Source: an uncultured Porphyromonadaceae bacterium
GTDB lineage: Bacteria; Bacteroidota; Bacteroidia; Bacteroidales; Muribaculaceae
DNA: 64,000 nt
NCBI GenBank assembly: GCA_947427285.1
Contig: CANEHE010000005.1
Span: 26,156 to 90,155, forward strand
Reading direction: 5' to 3'
Under the pieces are notes generated by a model that saw nothing but the letters and a program-made list of their open reading frames with translations, was not told the DNA's origin and ran no database searches. Every line of letters begins with the position of its first letter. Positions within the stretch are counted from its first letter, which is position 1. The position numbers and the translations under genes were made by a program. Shown in pieces: positions 1 to 9,713 of the stretch.

Positions 1-17
1 ATATTCAGATTTGATAT

Positions 18-1562
18 TCAGAGAAGTTTTCTCAAAAGACTGTTGAGACTTACACTATCGGAAAGGAGAGAACGCAACTCATCGGCATTTACACGGTTTT
101 GTTCCATTGAATCGCGATGACGCAGAGTGACAGTATTGTCTTCCAACGTCTGATGGTCGACAGTGATGCAGAACGGCGTGCCTATGGCGTCCTGACGGCG
201 ATATCGCTTACCTATCGAATCTTTTTCATCATACTGGCAAGTGAAGTCAAAGCGGAGACGATGCTGTATCTCACGGGCTTTCTCAGGCAATCCGTCCTTC
301 TTCACAAGCGGCAGCACCGCACACTTCACCGGAGCCAGAGCCGGTGGAAAATGCAGTACGACCCGGCTATCTCCACCTTCAAGTTGCTGAGCCTCATAGC
401 AACTGCAGAGCACTGAAAGGAACATCCGGTCCACACCTATAGAAGTCTCTATCACGTAAGGGACATAGCTCTGATTCAGCTCCGGATCAAAATACTGTAT
501 CTTCTTGCCCGAGAATTTTTCATGCTGCGACAGATCGAAGTCCGTGCGGGAATGGATTCCCTCCACCTCCTTGAAACCGAAAGGCATTCTGAATTCGATA
601 TCGGTGGCAGCGTTGGCATAATGGGCCAGTTTCTCATGGTCGTGGAAACGATATTTGTCATCTCCCAGACCCAGAGCTTTATGCCATGCAAGACGGGCCG
701 AACGCCAATAGTCGAAATACTTCAATTCCTCCCCCGGACGAACGAAGAACTGCATCTCCATCTGTTCAAACTCACGCATGCGGAAAATGAACTGTCTGGC
801 AACAATCTCATTGCGGAAAGCCTTGCCTATCTGGGCTATGCCAAACGGAATGCGCATACGCCCGGTTTTCTGCACATTGAGATAATTCACGAATATTCCC
901 TGAGCTGTCTCCGGACGGAGATAGATATCCATGGCCCCATCAGCCGTAGACCCCATCTCAGTCTTGAACATAAGATTGAACTGACGCACATCGGTCCAAT
1001 TGCGTGTTCCTGACACAGGATCCACAATCTCATAATCCAGTATAATCTGCTTGAGGGCTACCAGATCATTATCGTTCATGGCCTGCGAGAAACGTTGATG
1101 GAGTTCATCGCGTTTCGCAGCATGCTCCAATACACGCGGATTGGTCTGACGAAACATCTTCTCATCAAATTTATCGCCAAACCTTTTGGCAGCCTTAGCC
1201 ACCTCCTTGTCTATCTTCTCATCAAATTTAGCTATCTCATCCTCAATAAGCACATCTGCACGATATCTCTTCTTGGAATCGCGATTGTCAATAAGAGGAT
1301 CATTGAAAGCATCCACATGACCGGAAGCCTTCCAGATTGAGGGATGCATGAATATGGCCGAGTCGATACCGACAATATTGTCATGAAGCATTGTCATCGC
1401 CTCCCACCAATAGCGTTTTATATTGTTTTTCAGTTCGACGCCATTCTGGCCGTAATCGTACACAGCCGACAGGCCATCGTAAATCTCACTTGACTGGAAC
1501 ACAAACCCATACTCTTTAGCATGAGCGACGATTGTCTTGAAGACATCTTCCTGTTTTGCCAT
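18..1562 (-). CDS. glyQS: Glycine--tRNA ligase (homodimeric, class II)
   Basis: 514 aa ORF with LRPETAQGIF, GKAFRNEI, FRMREFEQME motifs and C-terminal anticodon-binding domain (SIGKRYRRQDAIGTP). Confidence 0.96.
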   Translation of the reverse strand: MAKQEDVFKTIVAHAKEYGFVFQSSEIYDGLSAVYDYGQNGVELKNNIKRYWWEAMTMLHDNIVGIDSAIFMHPSIWKASGHVDAFNDPLIDNRDSKKRYRADVLIEDEIAKFDEKIDKEVAKAAKRFGDKFDEKMFRQTNPRVLEHAAKRDELHQRFSQAMNDNDLVALKQIILDYEIVDPVSGTRNWTDVRQFNLMFKTEMGSTADGAMDIYLRPETAQGIFVNYLNVQKTGRMRIPFGIAQIGKAFRNEIVARQFIFRMREFEQMEMQFFVRPGEELKYFDYWRSARLAWHKALGLGDDKYRFHDHEKLAHYANAATDIEFRMPFGFKEVEGIHSRTDFDLSQHEKFSGKKIQYFDPELNQSYVPYVIETSIGVDRMFLSVLCSCYEAQQLEGGDSRVVLHFPPALAPVKCAVLPLVKKDGLPEKAREIQHRLRFDFTCQYDEKDSIGKRYRRQDAIGTPFCITVDHQTLEDNTVTLRHRDSMEQNRVNADELRSLLSDSVSLNSLLRKLL

Positions 1563-1671
1563 TTTTCGTGTATGCTTGGAGACCCTTTCCTAAAGGAGGA
1601 GACCATGTCTTTCATCACACATATCCCATCCAGGCGGGCACTGATTTATATCGTATTGATCTTTTAACTTG

Positions 1672-1679
1672 CAAAGATA
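1672..1679 (-). promoter_or_regulatory. Bacteroidetes sigma-A -7 box (TATCTTTG) for glyQS
   Basis: Exact TAnnTTTG match about 110 nt upstream of the glyQS start. Confidence 0.55.
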
Positions 1680-1779
1680 AGAAATTTTTCCGGAATAACT
1701 GCAATACACACCCACCTCCCATGAATTACTCCCTTGAATTTACATTGTGCAGATGATAATTTACGAACGATAAATAGAT

Positions 1780-1822
1780 TCAGGGAAATCACCATGACTC
1801 TCCGTCAAAGCGATTTCCCTGA
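1780..1822 (-). terminator. Inverted repeat downstream of tRNA-Leu (possible terminator)
   Basis: tcagggaaatc N21 gatttccctga 11-bp perfect stem; weak U tract. Confidence 0.3.
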
Positions 1823-1879
1823 CATTCCAAGGTTACGTTCGAAAAAGTATTTACATCCCGATATATAAACCGGAAATTA

Positions 1880-1964
1880 TGGTGCGCACGAAGGGACTCG
1901 AACCCCCACGTCGTAAGACACCAGATCCTAAGTCTGGCGCGGCTACCAATTACGCCACGTGCGC
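1880..1964 (-). tRNA. tRNA-Leu(TAG)
   Basis: Reverse complement GCGCACG...CCAGA-CTTAGGA-TCTGG...GGTTCGAGTCC...CGTGCGCACCA: full cloverleaf, long variable arm, encoded CCA. Confidence 0.97.
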
Positions 1965-2031
1965 TTCTTGCGTTGCAAAGTTACGCATTTATTTCCATCC
2001 GACCAAATTCCACGCTTTAAGAAATCCGAAA

Positions 2032-2979
2032 TCAGTTCTTCTTTATACCTTTCATCCTTACACGCATGGTGTCGAAGCCCTTTCCATACACTCCATTGAC
2101 ATTCGTCTGGGTAATGAAGGCATCCGGATCAATCGATTTTATGATGCGGCATATCGTCACCGATTCCATTTTGCGACACCACACCATCAGAATCTTTATC
2201 TCCTTTTTGCTGTACCAGCCTTCTCCGTCAAGCACGGTTACTCCGCGATGTGCCTCCATATTGATCCGATCGGCTATTTCGCTCCACTTAGTAGAGAATA
2301 TCATGAACTGCTTCGCCTGTCGGTTGGTGTTGATAAGCAGATCCGTAACATACGAAATAACGTATGTCACCACCCATCCGTAAACCATAAGTGGTACTCT
2401 TACCTGAAGCCGCTCTACAAAAGTTCCTTCAAAAGGAAGCAGAATAGAAGTAGCCACAATCAGCATATCAACAATGATCATCGTTCGTCCGATGCTGACA
2501 TTGCTCACCTTGGAGACCATCGCAGCGATGATATCAGTGCCGCCTGTCGAACCATTGTGAATGAAAGCCGTGCCGACTCCCATTCCACAGAGTATACCCC
2601 CAAGTATCACACTCATCGAAATGTCGGCGATCAGAGGATGGCCGAGCCGCATAAACAGACTCTCGAAAACACCTATGGAAAGAGCGGCAGCCGTGGCACC
2701 GAAAATAGTTCGCAAAACAAATGATTTACCTACTATCTTGAAAGCCATGGCAAGCAGAATGAGATTGCACGCGTATTGCGTCACTGCAACCGGGATCAGC
2801 CCTCCTGTAGCGAAATATACAAGCGCACCCACACCGGCGAGCCCGCCGATTATCACTTCATGCGGAAGAATGAATCCACAAAATCCGATGGCATAAATCA
2901 CCACGCCGAAGACAATCATTACGTAGTCTTTGGCATTTGTCATCAAAGAATTATAGGTAGGAGCCATAAATACAGTCAA
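2032..2979 (-). CDS. YitT family membrane protein (DUF2179)
   Basis: Multi-TM protein with GG.AG and NGSTGGTDIIA motifs and C-terminal RGVTVLDGEGWYS...IDPDAF domain; true start may be Met at 2943. Confidence 0.88.
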   Translation of the reverse strand: MTVFMAPTYNSLMTNAKDYVMIVFGVVIYAIGFCGFILPHEVIIGGLAGVGALVYFATGGLIPVAVTQYACNLILLAMAFKIVGKSFVLRTIFGATAAALSIGVFESLFMRLGHPLIADISMSVILGGILCGMGVGTAFIHNGSTGGTDIIAAMVSKVSNVSIGRTMIIVDMLIVATSILLPFEGTFVERLQVRVPLMVYGWVVTYVISYVTDLLINTNRQAKQFMIFSTKWSEIADRINMEAHRGVTVLDGEGWYSKKEIKILMVWCRKMESVTICRIIKSIDPDAFITQTNVNGVYGKGFDTMRVRMKGIKKN

Positions 2980-3085
2980 TTTAAAATGGATGTCTACGGC
3001 ACAAAATTAGTGATTTTTTTTCAATGGAGTGCAAAAAAATTATTACCTTTGTACTTCAATAATTATTCCAAGCACCTCCATAACC

Positions 3086-3817
3086 ATGGGCTATCTCAAA
3101 ATCCATATCACAGGGGCGATACTCGCTTTCTCCGGTCTCTCTGCCATGGGCGGGAACTTCCTCGACACCTCCGCAGCCCCGAATCTTGTCACATTCGGAG
3201 CACGCATAGGTGTCAACTCATCCAATGTCACGGTAAGCGACGACATGTTCGACTTATGGAACAAAAACTCCTGGGGCACTGGATTCGATCTCGGAGTGGT
3301 TGCAGATATCAACATACGTAATTACATAGCTATACAGCCCGGTATATTTTTCCAATCGCGAAGCGGCGACTACACATACGCATCACGTTTCTGGGTACCT
3401 ACGGAAGGAGAGGACGGCACAATATCCAACGAGGCCCGCGACATGGTACAGTATGGTCATCTGCGCAGCTACAACATATACGTGCCCATACTGGCGTCTG
3501 TAAGATTCAACATATCGGATAAAGTCCGATGGAGTGTTGATGTCGGACCATATTTCAGCATCAAGCTAAAATCCACGGGGAACGGATATATCTATGATCT
3601 ACGTTACGAGGGGATAGATAAACTCGCTACCCTGCACCGTACCGAGACAGAGCGACGCGGATTTGATTTCGGATTCAAACTGGGGACAGGATTTAAATTC
3701 TTCAATCACTACTATCTCGGCGTACACTACATGGCCGGTGCTACCGACGCATGGAAAACAACCGGCATGGGAGGACGCAACAAAGCGTGGGTCTTCTCCG
3801 CAGGATACGATTTCTGA
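3086..3817 (+). CDS. Outer-membrane beta-barrel (porin-family, OMP_b-brl_2-like) protein
   Basis: Signal peptide, alternating beta-strands, IQPGIFF and IYVPILAS motifs, C-terminal AGYDF. Confidence 0.8.
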   Translation: MGYLKIHITGAILAFSGLSAMGGNFLDTSAAPNLVTFGARIGVNSSNVTVSDDMFDLWNKNSWGTGFDLGVVADINIRNYIAIQPGIFFQSRSGDYTYASRFWVPTEGEDGTISNEARDMVQYGHLRSYNIYVPILASVRFNISDKVRWSVDVGPYFSIKLKSTGNGYIYDLRYEGIDKLATLHRTETERRGFDFGFKLGTGFKFFNHYYLGVHYMAGATDAWKTTGMGGRNKAWVFSAGYDF

Positions 3818-3826
3818 CATCTTACT

Positions 3827-4198
3827 ATGAAGCATTTTCTCTTTTCAGTCCAGACCACAATAATATTATTGCTGACATGTCTGACTGCATCATGTGGAGA
3901 CAGTCCTGAATATGATGAAGGTCGTGAATTTGACGCAAAGATCATCGGGAACTGGGTATCGGCAGACGGCAACGATCTGTACACATTTGACAATGATTCA
4001 CAGCACTCATACACTCACACAATTCTGTCTCCCTTTTCTCTGGAAGAGGGACAATGGTGGACACGTAACGGATATCTGAATATGCTCAGGACAGACAGAT
4101 TCGCTGTCACCTACAGATTTTCAGCATCCGCCAATGAACTTCGTCTAACACCTGTAGGGACATCAGGAAACGAGACGATTGTCCTCTACCGGCCATAA
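3827..4198 (+). CDS. Lipoprotein, lipocalin-like domain
   Basis: Lipobox LTASC followed by acidic residues; IIGNW and GQWW motifs. Confidence 0.65.
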   Translation: MKHFLFSVQTTIILLLTCLTASCGDSPEYDEGREFDAKIIGNWVSADGNDLYTFDNDSQHSYTHTILSPFSLEEGQWWTRNGYLNMLRTDRFAVTYRFSASANELRLTPVGTSGNETIVLYRP

Positions 4199-4248
4199 CT
4201 GACATTTCAATTTCAATAAACAACTTTAATAAAAAAAACAACAAAGCA

Positions 4249-4641
4249 ATGAAAAAGACACTTCGCTTTTTCGGCATGGTCATGATGGCCGTGCTTTTCA
4301 GTGGTTGTTTCACCGCATGCAGCGATGATGACAAAGACGAACTTGACTCCAATCTCGTAGGAATCTGGGATTATGTCAGCAACGACTCCTATTCGGAGTA
4401 TGTGGAATTAACCAAAAACGGCAAAATCACCGTTGTGGAATCATACGCCGGCACACAGCAATACGTGGAGGAAGGAACTTGGTGGACCAGTGGTAACAGA
4501 TTCTACGTCAAGTTTTATGATGAAGATGACGAGGAGTACTACACCGAATGGTCATATTATTCCTTGGAAGGAGACACCCTTTATATGTGGGGTGAAGACG
4601 AGAACAAGTCTGAAGCCGAGGTTTACAGACGTCGTAAATAA
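4249..4641 (+). CDS. Lipoprotein, lipocalin-like domain
   Basis: Lipobox FTAC-SDDDKDE; LVGIW and GTWW motifs; similar to upstream gene. Confidence 0.7.
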   Translation: MKKTLRFFGMVMMAVLFSGCFTACSDDDKDELDSNLVGIWDYVSNDSYSEYVELTKNGKITVVESYAGTQQYVEEGTWWTSGNRFYVKFYDEDDEEYYTEWSYYSLEGDTLYMWGEDENKSEAEVYRRRK

Positions 4642-4777
4642 TGCTGTTTTTCGCCGAAATCATAATACGGCGACATGACAGCAAACATATAATGCTCTAA
4701 AAACGTATTGTGAATATAGATACCGTAGAAGCCGTACTATATTCACAATATGTTTATGATAAAAACATCTTCAAATT

Positions 4778-5518
4778 ATGGAAAAACAGACAACTGACAG
4801 ACATTGCTCCCACACAATCTCATCACGATGGATACCGGCAGCTCTTATCGCTCTCGGACTTCTTTTTCTCGGAGTATTTATCAAAGGCGGATTCCAAAGC
4901 ATATCAAGCAACTCCAGAGTAGTCACAGTAAGGGGACTGTGCGAGAAAGAGGTAATGGCCAATAAAGTGACATGGCCCATCGTCAGCAAGGAGGTAGGCA
5001 ATGACCTCTCCACAATCTACCGTAATATACAGTCTACAGACTCCGCCATTGTCCGTTTTCTCCGAAGCAACGGTATTGAGGAATCTGAAATAGCGGTCAA
5101 TGCTCCTCAGGTAGTCGATCTTCAGGCCGACAGATATAATTCCGGAAACGTGCCTTACAGATACAATGTAACTACCGTAGTAGTCGTGACATCGTCCAAA
5201 GTTGAGGCCGTCAACAAACTTATGACACGCCAGACAGATCTACTCAAAGAGGGGATCGCGATTGTGGCCGGTGACTACAATTATCAGACCACATACGAAT
5301 ATACTGGCCTTAACAATATAAAGCCAGCAATGATAGCCGAGGCCACAAAAAATGCCCGTGAGGCGGCCAGAAAATTCGCGGAGGATTCCGACAGCCGGCT
5401 TGGAAAGATCAAAACCGCTTCACAAGGACAATTCTCGATTGAAGACCGCGATCAATACACCCCTTATATCAAACGTGTACGTGTGGTCTCTACCATCGAA
5501 TATTTCCTCAAGAACTGA
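4778..5518 (+). CDS. SIMPL domain (DUF541) protein
   Basis: N-terminal TM, VTVRGLCEKEV, MIAEATKNAREAA...LGKIKTASQGQFSI pattern. Confidence 0.85.
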   Translation: MEKQTTDRHCSHTISSRWIPAALIALGLLFLGVFIKGGFQSISSNSRVVTVRGLCEKEVMANKVTWPIVSKEVGNDLSTIYRNIQSTDSAIVRFLRSNGIEESEIAVNAPQVVDLQADRYNSGNVPYRYNVTTVVVVTSSKVEAVNKLMTRQTDLLKEGIAIVAGDYNYQTTYEYTGLNNIKPAMIAEATKNAREAARKFAEDSDSRLGKIKTASQGQFSIEDRDQYTPYIKRVRVVSTIEYFLKN

Positions 5519-5556
5519 AGTGAGAAATCAGGTGACAGGGATTGGATTACAGATAT

Positions 5557-6366
5557 ATGGATCTCATTGAAATCGAATCGCTTGAAGGGAACGACGATGT
5601 AAGTGTCTACGGATCGCTTACCGAATCGCAACTGCGCTATCGTCTCCATCCGGAGAACGCAATATTCATTGCTGAAAGTCCGAAAGTGATAAAAGTAGCT
5701 TTGCAGGCCGGATACCGACCTCTGTCAATCCTTTGCGAAAAGAAACATATCGCAGGCGACGCTGCAGAAGTGATTGGCATGGCCGGAAATATAAAAGTAT
5801 TCACCGGCAGCCGGGAAATTCTGCAATCCCTCACGGGTTACAAACTTACCCGTGGTGTACTTTGTGCCATGCGTCGTCCTTCTCTTCCCTCCATCGACAC
5901 AATACTCCGCGATGCAACCAGAATCGCAGTCATCGATAGTGTGACAGACACCACCAATATCGGAGCCATATTTCGTTCGGCGGCAGCCTTAGGAATAGAT
6001 GCCCTACTTCTCACACCTACCTCATGCGACCCGCTCAACCGCCGAGCCGTAAGAGTATCGATGGGGAGCGTGTTTCTTATCCCGTGGACATATCTTGACA
6101 GACCGATTGAATCGCTACGAACATACGGTTTCGCCACCGCTGCAATGGCACTCTCCGACAAATCCATACCGCTCGACTCTCCGTTGATAAAAAGGGAACC
6201 ACGTCTTGCCATAGTATTGGGAACCGAAGGCGACGGACTTGCAGACAATGTAATTGCAGAGTGCGACTATACCGTGCGCATCCCCATGTGTCATGGCGTC
6301 GATTCACTCAATGTCGCGGCGGCATCGGCTGTGGCATTCTGGGAGCTTTCCCTCAACAGAGACTGA
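5557..6366 (+). CDS. TrmH/SpoU family RNA methyltransferase
   Basis: NIGAIFRSAAALG, VLGTEGDGL and IPM..GVDSLNVAAA SPOUT motifs. Confidence 0.92.
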   Translation: MDLIEIESLEGNDDVSVYGSLTESQLRYRLHPENAIFIAESPKVIKVALQAGYRPLSILCEKKHIAGDAAEVIGMAGNIKVFTGSREILQSLTGYKLTRGVLCAMRRPSLPSIDTILRDATRIAVIDSVTDTTNIGAIFRSAAALGIDALLLTPTSCDPLNRRAVRVSMGSVFLIPWTYLDRPIESLRTYGFATAAMALSDKSIPLDSPLIKREPRLAIVLGTEGDGLADNVIAECDYTVRIPMCHGVDSLNVAAASAVAFWELSLNRD

Positions 6367-6421
6367 GAAATTGCCTATTCAGCCGAAAATGGTTAATTTT
6401 GCATACATAAATCCAGAGGCA

Positions 6422-7390
6422 ATGAACACCATAGCTATAATCGGGGCCGGACAGCTTGGCAGCCGTCATCTTCAGGGAGTGCACAAAAGTCGGCATACCC
6501 TTGACATTCATGTTGTGGACTCGTGCAAGAAATCGCTTGAGACAGCACGAAGCCGATACGATCAGATAGAACCGGGAGGTTATCATTCCGTCCACTTCTC
6601 CGACACCATCGCAGATCTTCCCGACCACATCGACATAGCGATTGTTGCGACAAGCTCGCTTCCACGTTTCGATGTGATGAAGGAATTGATATCCAGAAAA
6701 AAGATCGACACCTTGATTCTGGAAAAATTCCTTTTTCCGAAACTATGGCAATATGCAAAAGCATCCGAAATTATTAAAGAATCCGGCGTGCGTGCCTTTG
6801 TCAACTGTCCGCGACGAATGTATCCGGCATACGACATTATCGAACATTCACTTGACCGAACCCTACCGGTGACAATGGTAAAGAAAGCTCCCGACTGGGG
6901 TTTATGCTGCAATGCCATTCATTACATCGACATCTTCATGCGCATGACAGGCCAACACAAATTTGAGGTTGACACAAGAGGACTTTTACCAGAAACAGCA
7001 GCCAGCAAACGCGCGGGATATATCGAACTCTACGGCACCCTCCGTATATCCACTCCCCGTGGTGATCTTCTGGAGATGACCTCTACCGAATGGGAAACGG
7101 AAAACATTCTCACCATCGACAACGGCAGTCAGAATGTGGAAATCAACGAGACCGGAGGCAAAACCCGGATAAACGGAACAGAGCATTCGACACCTGTCAT
7201 ATACCAGAGCGACCTTTCCGGAAAAGTAGTCGATATGATTCTGGATGGAATCACACCTGAGCTGACTCCTTACGAGGAATCCCGGGTATATCATGAAAGA
7301 TTGTTTGAAGCTCTTGCAGGGTTCGTGCGCCGTCTTCCTGATTCTCCGGCATGCGTAAAAACAAATGATCCGTTGCTACCAATCACTTAA
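6422..7390 (+). CDS. Gfo/Idh/MocA family oxidoreductase
   Basis: Rossmann GAGQLG, ILEK motif; start at MNTIAIIG just after a TAATTTTG promoter box (6394-6401). Confidence 0.85.
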   Translation: MNTIAIIGAGQLGSRHLQGVHKSRHTLDIHVVDSCKKSLETARSRYDQIEPGGYHSVHFSDTIADLPDHIDIAIVATSSLPRFDVMKELISRKKIDTLILEKFLFPKLWQYAKASEIIKESGVRAFVNCPRRMYPAYDIIEHSLDRTLPVTMVKKAPDWGLCCNAIHYIDIFMRMTGQHKFEVDTRGLLPETAASKRAGYIELYGTLRISTPRGDLLEMTSTEWETENILTIDNGSQNVEINETGGKTRINGTEHSTPVIYQSDLSGKVVDMILDGITPELTPYEESRVYHERLFEALAGFVRRLPDSPACVKTNDPLLPIT

Positions 7391-7404
7391 GAGGCTGTTA
7401 AAAT
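7388..7404. mobile_element. Solo MITE end (TAA + GAGGCTGTTAAAAT)
   Basis: Matches terminus of the full elements at 15297 and 47173; directly follows a TAA stop codon. Confidence 0.55.
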
Positions 7405-7408
7405 AGAA

Positions 7409-8356
7409 ATGAACGACGAAAAAATATGGGTTGTCGGCACAGGAGCCATGGCTCGCGAATATGCAAAGGTGCTGAAAGCCCTGTCAGCCGATTTCACCGC
7501 AATTGGCCGCAGTCAGACAAATGCGGAACGTTTTTCGGAAGAGACAGACTGCCATACCCTCTCCGGAGGCATTGAGAAAGTTCTTTCCGGCAACACCGAC
7601 ATTCCTGATCGTGCGATAGTGGCAGTCAGTGTTGATCAGCTGGCTCCTGTGACATCCGCATTGATCCAAGCCGGTGTACAGAAGATTCTTGTGGAAAAAC
7701 CCGGCTGTTGTCTACCGTCCGAACTTGAATCGCTCCAATCACTCGCTGAAAAGGCTGAATGCCGAGTATACATAGCCTATAACCGCAGATTTTACGCCTC
7801 TGTACTTGAGGCCGAGAAAATAATCGAGAATGACGGAGGCCTGAAGTCAATGCACTTTGAATTTACAGAATGGTCAAGATCCGTCACTGCCATCGAACGG
7901 CCACGCGAGGTATTCGAAAACTGGTTCTATGCCAATTCCACCCATGTGGTGGACCTTGCTTTTTTCATCGGGGGATTACCTGAGAAAATTGCGTCTTTCA
8001 CATCAGGCAGACTGGACTGGCACACCCCTGCCATTTTCACCGGTGCAGGCAAAACAGAAAAAGACGTCCTTTTCAGTTATTGCGCCAACTGGAACGCCCC
8101 CGGTCGATGGGGAGTGGAACTTCTCACTCCGCTTCACCGGCTCTACCTGAAACCAATGGAGCAGCTCCAGATCCAAAACCTCAACAGTGTGAAAATAGAT
8201 CCGGTGGAAATCGATGACACGTTGGACAGAAATTTCAAGCCAGGTCTATACCGACAGACAAAAGCGTTTCTTTCGGACAATATCTCCCGCCTCTGTCCGC
8301 TTGGAGAACAATTATGTCATGTAAAAACGATTTACGACAAGATAGTCAATGGTTGA
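7409..8356 (+). CDS. Gfo/Idh/MocA family oxidoreductase
   Basis: GTGAMA Rossmann motif, LVEKPG, AYNRRFY, NSTHVVD motifs. Confidence 0.88.
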   Translation: MNDEKIWVVGTGAMAREYAKVLKALSADFTAIGRSQTNAERFSEETDCHTLSGGIEKVLSGNTDIPDRAIVAVSVDQLAPVTSALIQAGVQKILVEKPGCCLPSELESLQSLAEKAECRVYIAYNRRFYASVLEAEKIIENDGGLKSMHFEFTEWSRSVTAIERPREVFENWFYANSTHVVDLAFFIGGLPEKIASFTSGRLDWHTPAIFTGAGKTEKDVLFSYCANWNAPGRWGVELLTPLHRLYLKPMEQLQIQNLNSVKIDPVEIDDTLDRNFKPGLYRQTKAFLSDNISRLCPLGEQLCHVKTIYDKIVNG

Positions 8357-9068
8357 AGCACTCTCAGATAATGCTACCATCCCCAAGAAACGAGTGCTCT
8401 GTATAAGCGATTCGTTCGGATTGCCTCGACCCGATGTGCCATATACCTCAACATGGATCTCCATGCTCAAGGAACGGTTCCCTTCCATAGATTTCATCGG
8501 CTGTTTCCGACGACTGAGCAACACCGACATTCTCGCCACATCCTCCTACGGAGAATATCTCAGATGGTATGAACCCCACGTAGTGATAGTACAACTTGGA
8601 ATCTGCGACTGTTCGCCACGCTATCTTCGCACCACATCTCCGCTTTACAAGGCTTTAGGTGCGATCCCGCAGAGACTGGCTGCTCCTGTATGGAAGATGA
8701 TCAGACTAAGAAAGCGCAGTCTTGACCGCACGGATGTCAGCCACGACAGGTACAGAGCTAATCTTACGGGGTATATCTCGGAGTGTAAACGTATTGAAGT
8801 CGGGGGCGTGGTTCTGGTCAAAATAGGCATCCCGTCAGAAAAAATGCGGGCATCAAACCCGCTTATACTTGAATCCATCGCCCGGTTCAATGCCTGTATC
8901 GATGAAGTGGCTTCTGAATACGCCGGATATGTAGAAGTGGCAGATCCATTGGGAGCAGCCATTGCTGCTGATTATATATCCGACGGATATCATCCGAATT
9001 CTGTCGGAAATACCAGAGTGGCCGATGCATTACAGAAAGCACTCCAACGCATCATACTCCGGTCATAA
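8349..9068 (+). CDS. SGNH/GDSL hydrolase family protein
   Basis: SDSFG block I, QLGICD block III, DGYHPN block V. Confidence 0.82.
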   Translation: MVEALSDNATIPKKRVLCISDSFGLPRPDVPYTSTWISMLKERFPSIDFIGCFRRLSNTDILATSSYGEYLRWYEPHVVIVQLGICDCSPRYLRTTSPLYKALGAIPQRLAAPVWKMIRLRKRSLDRTDVSHDRYRANLTGYISECKRIEVGGVVLVKIGIPSEKMRASNPLILESIARFNACIDEVASEYAGYVEVADPLGAAIAADYISDGYHPNSVGNTRVADALQKALQRIILRS

Positions 9069-9072
9069 CCCG

Positions 9073-9636
9073 TCATAGATTGAAATAATACGTGCCGGTA
9101 GAAAGCACAACATAGAAATTGAAAGTAGTGCCCCGCAGATAATAACTTGTGTTTACAGCCGGGACATCCACGCCAAGATTCCATGATTGTGTCCACGGAT
9201 CCCATGCATTGATGACTGTCACATCATACTGAATCCCATTATATGTATAACTGACATGCAACGGCAACGTACGCCATACACCCATGGCATCGTAACCGCA
9301 CGCCACTACTGTAGTGACACCGGAATTCTGCCAATCGGGAGATGACAGAGGAGCATTAACAACGATAGGTCCATTATATGAGTTCCACCCGGGTCCCCAC
9401 GGTGATCCCCATCCGGAAGGACCGAGAGGACCGGGATTCCACCCTATTCCATTAGGAGGATTCGGATTGAACGAGCCGCCAGTCCCTGGCGCAGGCATAC
9501 TGTTGCCGCCACCAAATGACCCTCCCGATCCGGGAGCCGGCATACTGTTCTGGGCTACAGATATTGCACCGATCGCCACCGCGACTATGACGATACCGAT
9601 ATGGCGCATGAATGAAGTTATGTTTTTCCGGTTCAT
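9073..9636 (-). CDS. Secreted Pro/Gly/Trp-rich hypothetical protein
   Basis: Signal peptide, NSMPAPG(S/T)GGSF x2, W-G-P-rich linker, aromatic beta-rich C-terminal domain. Confidence 0.7.
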   Translation of the reverse strand: MNRKNITSFMRHIGIVIVAVAIGAISVAQNSMPAPGSGGSFGGGNSMPAPGTGGSFNPNPPNGIGWNPGPLGPSGWGSPWGPGWNSYNGPIVVNAPLSSPDWQNSGVTTVVACGYDAMGVWRTLPLHVSYTYNGIQYDVTVINAWDPWTQSWNLGVDVPAVNTSYYLRGTTFNFYVVLSTGTYYFNL

Positions 9637-9713
9637 GAGTTCTCTTTTTTTACTGACAGGCTTATGTCTGTCATTGTGTCTCATCTGAAAAACAAACAGG
9701 TACTCCGGGGAGT

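Noticed and set aside
1780-1964. tRNA-Leu as an integration site
   Set aside because: No integrase and no duplicated tRNA 3' end in the window.
1879-2724. 281-aa plus-strand ORF
   Set aside because: Runs antisense through tRNA-Leu and yitT; spurious.
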